This document shows positions 38,377-46,994 of a stretch of DNA of 64,000 nt, in pieces (position 1 is the first letter of the stretch; every line of letters begins with the position of its first letter). The notes beneath the pieces were generated by a model, which saw nothing but the letters and a program-made list of their open reading frames with translations, did no database searches and had not been told where the DNA came from. The DNA comes from an uncultured Candidatus Saccharibacteria bacterium. Its GTDB lineage: Bacteria > Patescibacteriota > Doudnabacteria > UBA920. The stretch is taken from positions 80,772 to 144,771 of the forward strand of contig CAZEKH010000003.1 of the NCBI GenBank assembly GCA_964512925.1. The letters run 5' to 3'. The position numbers and the translations under genes were made by a program.

Positions 38377-38900
38377 ATTGATACTATTTCCTTCCTAAGA
38401 ACAAAATTAAAACTCAATGTTTGTTGTCCTTGCCGTTCTAGCGGATCAATTAAGTCAATAATGTTTTTTTCTGCACCATCCCAATAAGGCATTTCCGAGT
38501 CATTTAATAATTCCTTAAAAGTTATTTGGTTTTCTTCCGGCTTCCAGTACTGCTCATTATGTTTAGTAATTTTTGACCTTATAAGGTATCGGGGTATAGA
38601 CTCGCCGCGCAGAAATTTACCGGCTTTTTTTGTTAAACAGTAATAACCTTTTTTATTAACAGAGGCAATTAGGCCATGAAATTTATTCCTAGATAAGTTT
38701 GTTAGCTTCCATTTTTCGCCGTCTTTCCAATTAAGCTCTCGCGCCGGATGAATTTCATTAACACCTTTGGCACTTACTGCTTTTAAAATCTGCATAAGAG
38801 TTTCGGCACAACCTTTATCTAACCCAATTAAATAACTGGCCGTCTGGTGACAGTGGGGGCAAACTTCTTCTTTGTATTTTTCGACCTTTATTTTTGACAT
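38373..38900 (-). CDS. hypothetical protein, CxxC plus possible winged helix
   Basis: CPHC; GLIA...GYYCLTKKAGKFL. Confidence 0.6.
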   Translation of the reverse strand: MSKIKVEKYKEEVCPHCHQTASYLIGLDKGCAETLMQILKAVSAKGVNEIHPARELNWKDGEKWKLTNLSRNKFHGLIASVNKKGYYCLTKKAGKFLRGESIPRYLIRSKITKHNEQYWKPEENQITFKELLNDSEMPYWDGAEKNIIDLIDPLERQGQQTLSFNFVLRKEIVSI

Positions 38901-38959
38901 TTATTTTAACTTACTTAGTCTTACCCCCATTAAAACTTAGGGGTAAAGAAAGAAAACTA

Positions 38960-39076
38960 TTAACTCCAACTCCTACTCCAACTCCAACTCCAACTCCTAC
39001 TCCAACTCCTACTCCTACTCCTACTCCAACTCCCACTCCTTACGCCAAAATAATTTTTTTGTGAAAATAAATTCAT
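38960..39076 (-). CDS. 38-aa (R/W/G)S dipeptide-repeat micro-protein
   Basis: MNLFSQKNYFGVRSGSWSRSRSRSWSRSWSWSWSRSWS*; starts 7 nt after the upstream stop. Confidence 0.65.
   Translation of the reverse strand: MNLFSQKNYFGVRSGSWSRSRSRSWSRSWSWSWSRSWS
38963..39040. repeat. 13 x hexamer ACTCC(A/T/C)
   Basis: Read directly; only one position per unit varies. Confidence 0.95.
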
Positions 39077-39083
39077 ATAAATT

Positions 39084-39422
39084 CTATTTTTGTTTTTTAG
39101 GTAGCTTATAATTCCAAGGGCTAAAATCAGTTATGCTTTCAATTGCAATACCTGTTCCATTAGGTAGTGGCTCTATTTCGCTAGCACTTAATTCTTCAAG
39201 TTTTCCATCTTTCACAGCGTCTGAATATCTGCCGGTATCAAACACACAAGAAATATCCTTCATTATAAGAAATTTACCGAATAATCCCTCAACAGTTCCT
39301 ACAAAAAAATATCCAACTGTTCTGATAAAATAACTTTCCCCAACTTCAAAAGGTGTTTCGGTCAAATTATTTTCATCTTCCAAAACTAACTTTAACAATT
39401 TTGTTACTAATTTTTCGTTCAT
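39084..39422 (-). CDS. DUF6948-like small beta-barrel phage protein
   Basis: GESYFIRTVGYFFVG...DTGRYSDAVKDG...EIEP...W..KLPKKQK; likely ATG at 39422. Confidence 0.65.
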   Translation of the reverse strand: MNEKLVTKLLKLVLEDENNLTETPFEVGESYFIRTVGYFFVGTVEGLFGKFLIMKDISCVFDTGRYSDAVKDGKLEELSASEIEPLPNGTGIAIESITDFSPWNYKLPKKQK

Positions 39423-39459
39423 ATTTTTTGCGTTTTGAAGTACGCTACTTATTTTAATT

Positions 39460-40047
39460 TTAGTAAAGAAACTTTTTATAATTTCCGTTATTGTACGCAA
39501 CCCATGGCGACCAGCCCTGAGCTTTAAATATCTCATAAGCAAAATCAACATTTTTTTGACAGTCCACCAGATCCACAAGCTTCCAGCCCTTTTTCATGTG
39601 TACAGAATTTATTTGGAAAACTCCTAGATCAATCGTGCCGTTGGTGTTAATTCCAAACCTATCGCATTGCATTGTTCCATTTTCTGCCCGGCTTACGGCC
39701 AGCGCCATTTTACAGTCGGGCCCAAACTTGTCGCATATGTATTGCTGTATTTCATTTAGGGGGCTATTAGCTTTAATTTCTTGAATTATTGTTTTTGATT
39801 CTGGTTTTTCCCGCTTGGTAATATATACCGGGGCATAAAACCCAATCCTTACTGGGTTTTGGAAAACCAATTTATTGTTTTCAAAAAACTGGTTAATTTT
39901 ATAAATCCCATAAAATCCAAGTCCTACAAGTACAACTAAACCAACTAAAACCAAATAATTTTTTGCGCGGGTTTTGGTTTTAGTTTTGCTTTCAATTTTC
40001 CGTTGAATGAAATCAGGTATTTTCGCGATGTTTTTGTTTTCTTGCAT
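39460..40047 (-). CDS. membrane-anchored lysozyme-like (lytic transglycosylase) protein
   Basis: TM helix; AVSRAENG, DLGVFQINSVH, GWSPW. Confidence 0.82.
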   Translation of the reverse strand: MQENKNIAKIPDFIQRKIESKTKTKTRAKNYLVLVGLVVLVGLGFYGIYKINQFFENNKLVFQNPVRIGFYAPVYITKREKPESKTIIQEIKANSPLNEIQQYICDKFGPDCKMALAVSRAENGTMQCDRFGINTNGTIDLGVFQINSVHMKKGWKLVDLVDCQKNVDFAYEIFKAQGWSPWVAYNNGNYKKFLY

Positions 40048-40070
40048 ATTTTTGTTTTTATTTTTTTAAT

Positions 40071-40487
40071 TTAAACTGGTAACATTTCGGCTTCCCTTGC
40101 CACTTCCCAGGCGTATTTAATTATTTCGCCTTTGTTATTTTTTATATGGTTATATTTAACTTCCTTTTTTTCAGGTTTAAAAAATTTTTCCAAATCCTCC
40201 AGCTTTGCGGTTGGTTTTCTTTTTTTGAAACCCTTTAACATTAATTCTTTTGCGTTTTTAGTTGACCGGCTAAAAACATTTCCAGACAACATTTTTTGAT
40301 TAGTTTCATACGGCTGGTGATAGTCATACGATTTTTCGCAAATTTCCTTGATACTTGGAAAAGCAATATAATTTGACCCTAGCCATATTCCATTTTGTTT
40401 GCCTTCCGTACTTGCCAGCATTATTTTTTCGACTTGCTCGTCAGTTATGTCATAAACCTTATTTTCATAGGTAATTATTTGTTTCAT
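40071..40487 (-). CDS. hypothetical protein
   Basis: ATGA overlap with the replication gene. Confidence 0.6.
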   Translation of the reverse strand: MKQIITYENKVYDITDEQVEKIMLASTEGKQNGIWLGSNYIAFPSIKEICEKSYDYHQPYETNQKMLSGNVFSRSTKNAKELMLKGFKKRKPTAKLEDLEKFFKPEKKEVKYNHIKNNKGEIIKYAWEVAREAEMLPV

Positions 40488-41188
40488 ATTCTTACGGCGT
40501 TAGTTTGTTTTTTTTCCTGAAAGCCTCCGGCCCTTGAAAGCCAAGTTTCAAACCTCCTGCTGACCTCAAAAGTTTTTTCCGTTTCCCAGCGTTGCCTACT
40601 TCCGGATTTATTGGGTTCGGTCCAATAGCGAGTAAATTTTCTTATTTCTTCCGCTATGGCCTGTATATTAACATCGTACTTTTGCGAAAACATAACCCCA
40701 ACTTTCCTCCGCGTGTCTTCATCCTCAAAAAACTTTTTAGCAATTTCCTTGGGCGTGGGCGGCGAAAAGCCGCCACTCTCTAGACTAACCTTATCTAACC
40801 TAACCTTACCTATACTGCGTGACGGTTCCGTCGACGAGCCGTCGACGGCATCGGTGTATGATCCGTTTTCTTTGATTGTTAAGGTATTTTTTTCTTGAAA
40901 ATACTTTGTCGGCTCGTATGTGTCTTTCCGGATGTAGTTATGTATCAGCCAATGCTTAATTACACAGATTCCGGACTCAAAAGGCAATATAAATCTTTTA
41001 GCACAAAGTATTTTAAAATCATCGTCAGTAGATCCCAAAAGCCTCATTATTTTTTTGGGTGAAGATACAAAACCGTCATCGTCGGCTTCCATATTCAGGT
41101 GAAAATATAACAGCTGGGTACTGGCCGGCATATCGAGAAATGCGTCGGTGCTAATTACCAGCCTTGAGAACATTCTCTTTTGTGCCAT
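40484..41188 (-). CDS. phage replisome organiser / replication initiator
   Basis: MAQKRMFS...FLDMPASTQLLYFHL..ADDDGF...IKHW..HNYIRKD. Confidence 0.88.
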   Translation of the reverse strand: MAQKRMFSRLVISTDAFLDMPASTQLLYFHLNMEADDDGFVSSPKKIMRLLGSTDDDFKILCAKRFILPFESGICVIKHWLIHNYIRKDTYEPTKYFQEKNTLTIKENGSYTDAVDGSSTEPSRSIGKVRLDKVSLESGGFSPPTPKEIAKKFFEDEDTRRKVGVMFSQKYDVNIQAIAEEIRKFTRYWTEPNKSGSRQRWETEKTFEVSRRFETWLSRAGGFQEKKQTNAVRI

Positions 41189-42065
41189 TTTTATTTTTAG
41201 TTAATTCTTCTAACTTTTTCAGATAAATTGGCTTGATTATTTGCCAATCATAATCAGATATCTTTTTCTCTTTTTTAGCCTCGTTTATTCCAGAGCCTAA
41301 AAATGACAATTCTTCTTTGGTAAAACAAACCTCAATTTCGCCCTTTATTTTTTCTCCCAAAACTGTCATTTTCTGCTCTACTGGTTTTTGCTCAACTTTT
41401 TGAGTAATCTCTGCCGGCGCTGTTACTGTCTTTGTAACTTCCGCTGCCTCAACAAAACCTTTATCCGCTTGTTGCATTTCCTCGTGGGTATATAACCCGC
41501 TTAAATCGTTTGGAAAAGCTTTGCGTAAAGCCAATGCCTCGGCACATTTTCCAAGCATTAAATGTGGCATTTTATTCCACATAAATCCTTGTTTTTCCCC
41601 GGGATAGTATTGCTCCCAGCGTGCGGTTGCCGTAAATGGGCATCTAACTCCTTGAACAATTTTATAAACTGTAACCGTTGCTTTTTTTGGCATCTTTTCG
41701 TTGTCAAAAGTTGGATCGTCATTCCCGGCATATGATCCTGTCCTTTCGGCAATTGTCCTAAAACCGTCAATCCCAACTTGGTGCGTTCCAACTTCGTCAT
41801 AGCCGTTTGTTTGTTTATTCCAAACTTTTCGCTTAACAAAATGAATTTGTTTAGTAAAAGGATCTAATCCGGTTTTGTTCGCAACAACCATAAACAATTT
41901 AAGCTCATCATTTGTTGCTCCTTTTGCTACGGTGTTTTTTATTAATTCAATCTGTTCTTGGTTGTATGGTTTGACAGCCTGTGAAGATTGAAGTATAATT
42001 TGCTTAGAGTTTTTACTTTCAGACGCCGTTTCCGCGGTGTCTTTTTTATTATTTTGATCGGTCAT
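41151..42065 (-). CDS. bet: Bet/RecT-family single-strand annealing protein
   Basis: GLDPFTKQIHFV, VGIDGFRTIAERTG, MPHLMLGKCAEALALRKAFP..LSGLYT.EEM. Confidence 0.9.
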   Translation of the reverse strand: MTDQNNKKDTAETASESKNSKQIILQSSQAVKPYNQEQIELIKNTVAKGATNDELKLFMVVANKTGLDPFTKQIHFVKRKVWNKQTNGYDEVGTHQVGIDGFRTIAERTGSYAGNDDPTFDNEKMPKKATVTVYKIVQGVRCPFTATARWEQYYPGEKQGFMWNKMPHLMLGKCAEALALRKAFPNDLSGLYTHEEMQQADKGFVEAAEVTKTVTAPAEITQKVEQKPVEQKMTVLGEKIKGEIEVCFTKEELSFLGSGINEAKKEKKISDYDWQIIKPIYLKKLEELTKNKNGTKENVLKAGN

Positions 42066-42301
42066 TATTTTAAAATCTTAAAAATAAATTGGCTGGTTAC
42101 ATCCTGCTTGCATACAGAGCTTTTATACTCCGCTACACAAGTTACATAGCTTAGAGCCCAAAGCGCTAACCAAAATACGCTAAAGCCTATCAAACCCGCA
42201 AGGGTTTTTTTAATTATTTGCATACCGTTCGACCTTTCGCCCGCCGGTAAATACTGCGGGAAACTACTGTTATATTTATTTACCCTTATGTACTTAGTCA
42301 T
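42065..42301 (-). CDS. small membrane protein, first early gene
   Basis: MTKYIRV... with one TM helix; likely ATG at 42301. Confidence 0.55.
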   Translation of the reverse strand: MTKYIRVNKYNSSFPQYLPAGERSNGMQIIKKTLAGLIGFSVFWLALWALSYVTCVAEYKSSVCKQDVTSQFIFKILK

Positions 42302-42341
42302 ATTTTTGTCCCTTTCCTTTTTTAATTTTTGTTTTTCCCTC

Positions 42342-42500
42342 CGGTTAAGCGGGGGTCTCGAGCCTTTAAACCCGCCTAACCGCAAGGGGTTAGCTTTTTA
42401 ACTTGCACCCCGTCCGCGGGAAACAAAGACTCCGCGGGGGTCCCGGACTAGTCGGTTTCAGGGCGCAAATAAAAAAGCTAACCATTGCTGGTTAGCTTTA
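42342..42500 (-). promoter_or_regulatory. structured early leader: terminator plus alternative multi-stem RNA
   Basis: AAAGCTAACC-AGCAAT-GGTTAGCTTT-TTTATTT; its 3' arm also pairs with AAAAAGCTAACC further downstream. Confidence 0.65.
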
Positions 42501-42541
42501 AAATTGTACCTATTGCCTAATTTTGCCCAAAAGCGGGGTTA

Positions 42542-43111
42542 TTACCGCTTCGCCCACTGTGGGGATCTACGGGCACGTTTTAAACCTGGTTTCTTTCTTT
42601 CTTTTTTACGGTCATCGCGGGTTAATAGTCCGTTCTTTTTTAACACTTTTCTGACTTCTTCGGAAAGTTTAGACAAAGCTATGGAAATACCGTGCCTTAA
42701 AGCCTGCGCCTGGGAGTGAAGTCCCCCGCCGTTGACTGTGGCAGTGAAATAAAAATTTGGCCTCTGTCCGGTAACATCAAAAGGCTTTAAAGCCACATCC
42801 ACAAACTGAGCAAAAGAAAAATATTTTTCCAAAGGCTTTTTGTTAACCAAGCTGTCGCCTTTTCCGGAAAACATCCGGACATTGGCTACAGAAGTTTTTC
42901 TTCTGCCGGTTGCGAATATGTATCGTCCGTCTTCAATCGGGGCAATATCAAAAATTTCCATCTTAGGCGCTGCAGCTTGAGACTGCGCGGGTAAAATTTC
43001 AGCTGCTGGATGAGAAGCTGGATGGTGCGTTGCTGTTTTTTTTGCCTTGGCGGCTTTAGGCTTGGCTGAGTGGGCCGCTGGCTTTTTGGCTGCTGGTTTT
43101 TCGTTTACCAT
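42542..43111 (-). CDS. rpsI: 30S ribosomal protein S9 with N-terminal extension
   Basis: TGRRKTSVANVR, GGGLHSQAQALRHGI, KERKKPGLKRARRSPQWAKR. Confidence 0.97.
   Translation of the reverse strand: MVNEKPAAKKPAAHSAKPKAAKAKKTATHHPASHPAAEILPAQSQAAAPKMEIFDIAPIEDGRYIFATGRRKTSVANVRMFSGKGDSLVNKKPLEKYFSFAQFVDVALKPFDVTGQRPNFYFTATVNGGGLHSQAQALRHGISIALSKLSEEVRKVLKKNGLLTRDDRKKERKKPGLKRARRSPQWAKR
42548..42559. repeat. prophage att core, right copy, inside rpsI
   Basis: CTTCGCCCACTG; CAG TGG GCG AAG CGG TAA completes rpsI. Confidence 0.9.
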
Positions 43112-43524
43112 ACTTTATCAATTTTAAAATTATGAGTTTTTCCTTTTACGGATTTAAGTCTGAGTAGCATAGCTTTTCTAAAAGAAACTTCATCAAGCAT
43201 ACTATTTACAGCGGCGCGTAAAACTTTTTCCGGAGATTTTTCCAAACGAAGTTTTAGTGATTCGGACTTAATGCCTCCCAAATACCCGGAATGCCTGTAA
43301 TATTGCTTTTGGTCAATTTTTCGGCCGGTCAGAACAAGTTTATCAATATTTACAGCAACAACAAAATCACCCATATCCATATGCGGCGTAAAATCCCGCT
43401 TGCCTTTGCCTCTGAGCAAATTGGCTATTTGGGTAGCCACTCTGCCTAAAGAATTTTTTGACACATCAATTTCGTGCCAAACTCTTTTAACATTTTTTGC
43501 TAATGTAATCTTTTGAGATTTCAT
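43105..43524 (-). CDS. rplM: 50S ribosomal protein L13
   Basis: LGRVATQIANLLRGK, FTPHMDMGDFVV, YYRHSGYLGG. Confidence 0.96.
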   Translation of the reverse strand: MKSQKITLAKNVKRVWHEIDVSKNSLGRVATQIANLLRGKGKRDFTPHMDMGDFVVAVNIDKLVLTGRKIDQKQYYRHSGYLGGIKSESLKLRLEKSPEKVLRAAVNSMLDEVSFRKAMLLRLKSVKGKTHNFKIDKVW

Positions 43525-43529
43525 GGAAA

Positions 43530-43871
43530 TTATAGTAATTCTAATCTTACTTGGGACGCTCCAGCTTTGGGGTCGTTTAGCTTGGTTAAACGGACATATC
43601 CGCCTTTTCTTTCTTTGTATTTAGGACCGAGAACTTCAGCCGCTTTTTTTGCCGCCATAGCTGTCAAGCTCGAGATCAGCTGCCTGCGGGAATGCAGGGT
43701 GCCTTCTTTGGCCTTTGTAATAAGTTTTTCAGCATGACTTTTAAGCGCTCTCCCGTTTGCGTAAGAAGTTTTGATAGTTTCGTATAAAAACAAGGAAGAT
43801 GCCAAAGTTCTGAGCAATTTACGTCTGTGATCATTGCCTTTGCCGATTTTTTTCTTTTTTAAATGCCGCAT
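43530..43871 (-). CDS. rplQ: 50S ribosomal protein L17
   Basis: MRH...HRRKLLR, ERKGGYVR. Confidence 0.95.
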   Translation of the reverse strand: MRHLKKKKIGKGNDHRRKLLRTLASSLFLYETIKTSYANGRALKSHAEKLITKAKEGTLHSRRQLISSLTAMAAKKAAEVLGPKYKERKGGYVRLTKLNDPKAGASQVRLELL

Positions 43872-43923
43872 ATACTTGTGCCGCTTATTTGGTTAATGCT
43901 TGAAAATAAATATATCAAAATGC

Positions 43924-44874
43924 TTAACGTTGCAGGAATTCCAAAATTTCATTGATAGTTTTGTCTCCCAAACCGGAAAGGTTTGAGATGTCTTCGGAGC
44001 TTAAAGCTTTTAATTCCGCAAAACTGGTAATGTGGTTTTTTAACAAAGCGTTTTTTGCCCTGGTAGACAAAGCTGAAGTGGAAATTTCATTTTCGGACTC
44101 AACTTCATTTTTCTGCATTTCAGTCTCATCTTGAACCACAGCTTCAGACTGCTCTGGCACAACAACCTTAGCGCTTTCAGCATCAATAAAACTGCTGTTA
44201 AAAAGCATTGAAAAATGGTCCACCAAAATATGCGAAGCAATATCTATGACTTCTTCGCCGGCAATGCTTCCGTCAGTCTCCATAAATAAATCCAGTTTGT
44301 CAAAGTTTGTAAACTGACCGACACGCACGTTTGAAACGTCAAAATGCACGGATTTAACTGGAGTATAGATAGCGTCTAAGGCAATCATACCGCTTTCCAG
44401 GTGGTGGTTGTCGCGGGCTTCCACAGGCACATATCCCCTGCCTTGCTGAACAATGATTTCCATTTCCAAATCGGAATTTTTGTTATCCAAAGTTGCGATA
44501 TGCAAGTCTTTGTTGACAATTTCAACCTGGTCGGTTTCCTTAAAACTGGCAGCTGTAACTGTTTTCTCTCCCTTTTCTTTTAAAGATATTCTGACCGGCT
44601 CAGCGCTGTGGCATTTTAACCTCAGCTGTTTCAAATTCAAAATAATCTGTATTACATCTTCCTTTACGTTCGGTATGGTGGAAAATTCGTGATCCGCAAA
44701 TTTTATTTTTACGGCAGTGACAGCCGCCCCCGGCATTGAAGACAAAAGCACGCGCCGCAAAGAATTTCCTATAGTAATTCCATAACCCGGGTACAGGGGT
44801 TCTAAAACCATACTATATTTGTTATTTCCCAAGCTTGATACTCGGGCCTTGTTAGGCAACGGAATAGCTTCCAT
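43924..44874 (-). CDS. rpoA: RNA polymerase alpha subunit
   Basis: EPLYPGYGITIGNSLRRVLLSS, GRGYVP, LSTRAKNAL. Confidence 0.97.
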   Translation of the reverse strand: MEAIPLPNKARVSSLGNNKYSMVLEPLYPGYGITIGNSLRRVLLSSMPGAAVTAVKIKFADHEFSTIPNVKEDVIQIILNLKQLRLKCHSAEPVRISLKEKGEKTVTAASFKETDQVEIVNKDLHIATLDNKNSDLEMEIIVQQGRGYVPVEARDNHHLESGMIALDAIYTPVKSVHFDVSNVRVGQFTNFDKLDLFMETDGSIAGEEVIDIASHILVDHFSMLFNSSFIDAESAKVVVPEQSEAVVQDETEMQKNEVESENEISTSALSTRAKNALLKNHITSFAELKALSSEDISNLSGLGDKTINEILEFLQR

Positions 44875-44961
44875 AAAAATTACCTCCGGATAACTTATAG
44901 CGGGTTTTAACCGCTAAAGATTAATAAATTAAGTTAAAAATGCTTATAAATTTGAAAAACT

Positions 44962-45570
44962 TTATGTGCGGCTGTAGTGCTCGACAATCAGCTGGGTGTT
45001 GATCAAATTTCCAATCATTTCCGGCGTGGGGTTTGTCAAAATTTTGGCAGAAAGTTTAGCCGGGTCTACTGAAAGCCATTCTTGAGATTTAAATGACTTA
45101 ATTTTTTCTTTTAACTTGCCGATATAAGCGGATTTAGTTTTCTGTTCACGAATGGAGAACACATCTCCCACTCTGGCGTTGTAAGAAGGGATGTCTGTTT
45201 TTTTACCATTTATTTCCAAAAATCCATGGCTGACCAGTTGTCTTGCCTGCATACGGCTTTCTGCAAAACCTGCTCTAAAAACCAAATTATCAAGCCTCAT
45301 TTCTAAAAGATTGAGCAGATGGTCTCCAGTGATACCCGGTTTTTTTAAGGCTTTTTTGAAAGAATTCTCAAACTGTTTTTCAGTCAAACCATAAAGTATC
45401 TTGGCCTTTTGCTTTTCACGGAGCTGGATTCCATATTCAGACAAACGGGCGCGGTTTTGACCGTGCTGCCCTGGAGCATAGCTGCGCTTCTGGAGGATTT
45501 TTGCGTCTTTGTTGGTGAAAGCCATACCTAGACGTCTGGCTTTTTTTGCTTTGGGACCTGTATATCTCAT
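44962..45570 (-). CDS. rpsD: 30S ribosomal protein S4
   Basis: RYTGPK, PGQHG, LEMRLDNLVFRAGFA. Confidence 0.97.
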   Translation of the reverse strand: MRYTGPKAKKARRLGMAFTNKDAKILQKRSYAPGQHGQNRARLSEYGIQLREKQKAKILYGLTEKQFENSFKKALKKPGITGDHLLNLLEMRLDNLVFRAGFAESRMQARQLVSHGFLEINGKKTDIPSYNARVGDVFSIREQKTKSAYIGKLKEKIKSFKSQEWLSVDPAKLSAKILTNPTPEMIGNLINTQLIVEHYSRT

Positions 45571-45606
45571 TTTTAAAATAAAAATTGAATAGTAAAAATA
45601 TAAATA

Positions 45607-46053
45607 TTATACTCTTCTGGGTTTTTTCTGCCTGACACCGCCGTGTGCTGTTGGGGTTTTATCCTGGATGGTCAAAACATTGAGTCCAGATCCTTGCAAG
45701 GCTCTGATAGCCGACTCGCGGCCGCTGCCCACGCCTTTGATTAAAACATCAACCTCTTGCAAGCCTCTTTCTTTCAGTCTAAACAAAGTATCTTCCATAG
45801 TTCTCTGGCCAGCGTAAGGGGTGGATTTTTTTGAACCTTTAAAGCCGATTTTTCCGGCGCTTGCCCATAAAATAACATTCCCCGCCTGGTCGGTGGCAGA
45901 AATGATGGTATTGTTATAAGTGGAATTTATATAAATTTTTCCGCGGGTAACTTTGGCTTTGGCCTTTTTTTTCTTAGACTTGATTTTTGCCTCTGCTAAC
46001 AGCGGAGCTTCTTCCTGCTTATCTGTATTTGTTGTAGATATTTCTTCTGCCAT
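45607..46053 (-). CDS. rpsK: 30S ribosomal protein S11
   Basis: STYNNTI, GFKGSKKSTPYA, GSGRESAIRAL. Confidence 0.97.
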   Translation of the reverse strand: MAEEISTTNTDKQEEAPLLAEAKIKSKKKKAKAKVTRGKIYINSTYNNTIISATDQAGNVILWASAGKIGFKGSKKSTPYAGQRTMEDTLFRLKERGLQEVDVLIKGVGSGRESAIRALQGSGLNVLTIQDKTPTAHGGVRQKKPRRV

Positions 46054-46094
46054 ATTCTCAATAATTTCAAAATAATAATTGTCAATTTTGTGGT

Positions 46095-46487
46095 TTAGGT
46101 CTTGTCAGCGGAATTCTTTCTACCGCTACCTGCTGTTTTTCTCACATTTCCGCGTCTGGTTCTGGAATTCGTCTTAGTTCTCTGACCTCTGACGGGAAGA
46201 CCGCGTATATGCCGGATACCCCTGTAAGCGCCCATTTCTTTTAGTCTTTTGATGTTTAGCAACACCTGCTGCCTGAGTTCGCCCTCAACCTTGATGCCAT
46301 TTTTATCAATATGATCGCGGATCATATTGATTTCCACTTCTGTCAAATCTTTGGTTCTTTTATCTGGGTTGATTTTGGTAGCAGCCAATATTTTTTTTGT
46401 CATACTCAAACCGATGCCATACACAAAAGGCAAAGCTGCTTCTATTCTTTTTTCGTTTGGAATATTTATTCCTGCTATACGAGCCAT
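46095..46487 (-). CDS. rpsM: 30S ribosomal protein S13
   Basis: [22 protein letters not shown]. Confidence 0.97.
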   Translation of the reverse strand: MARIAGINIPNEKRIEAALPFVYGIGLSMTKKILAATKINPDKRTKDLTEVEINMIRDHIDKNGIKVEGELRQQVLLNIKRLKEMGAYRGIRHIRGLPVRGQRTKTNSRTRRGNVRKTAGSGRKNSADKT

Positions 46488-46520
46488 TTTATAAAAAATT
46501 AATTAGTTGGATTAGAAAAA

Positions 46521-46634
46521 TTACCCTTGCCTTTGTTTATGCTTGGGTGTTTGACAAATAACATATATCCTTCCAAATCTTCGGACTATCTTACAATTCT
46601 TACATCTGGGTTTGACACTGGCTTTAACTTTCAT
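46521..46634 (-). CDS. rpmJ: 50S ribosomal protein L36
   Basis: Manual translation [37 protein letters not shown]. Confidence 0.96.
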   Translation of the reverse strand: MKVKASVKPRCKNCKIVRRFGRIYVICQTPKHKQRQG

Positions 46635-46890
46635 TTGCTTTTAGTCTCCTTACTATTCTGCCCTTGGTTAAATCATAGGGCGTCATTTGAATTATAACTC
46701 TATCACCTGGCAAAACTTTGATGAAATTTACTCTCATTTTTCCGGCCAAGTGTCCTATCACAGTCTGACCGTTATCCAACTGGACGCGAAAAATAGCATT
46801 AGGCAAATTTTCAGTTACTTTGCCCTGCAATTCAATAATGTCTTTGTTGTGGTTTCCGGTCGACCCGAGATCTTGATGGCTGGGATTCAA
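46624..46890 (-). CDS. infA: translation initiation factor IF-1
   Basis: [27 protein letters not shown]; start codon uncertain. Confidence 0.95.
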   Translation of the reverse strand: MNPSHQDLGSTGNHNKDIIELQGKVTENLPNAIFRVQLDNGQTVIGHLAGKMRVNFIKVLPGDRVIIQMTPYDLTKGRIVRRLKANES

Positions 46891-46994
46891 ATTGATTAAG
46901 ATTTACGCTTAATTTAAATTATTTTACCAGAAAAGAAAAAAAAGTCAAATATTTTAAAATAAATAATATATTTTGTTTTATTTAAGCCAAAAAA

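Larger units (their letters stand above)
11101..42559 (-). mobile_element. integrated temperate siphovirus-like prophage (~31.4 kb) in the rpsI 3' end
   Basis: Integrase, lysis, tail, head, terminase and replication/recombination modules between 12-bp direct repeats. Confidence 0.93.

Noticed and set aside
38963-39040. Hexamer array as a CRISPR array or telomere-like repeat
   Set aside because: No spacers and no cas genes; it lies in frame within a small ORF.
11454-42301. Stop-codon reassignment in the phage or host
   Set aside because: Genes are full length and tightly packed in code 11; TGA and TAG both serve as real stops.
42380-42470. tRNA at the integration site
   Set aside because: No T-loop/D-loop consensus or anticodon arm; the att core is in rpsI.
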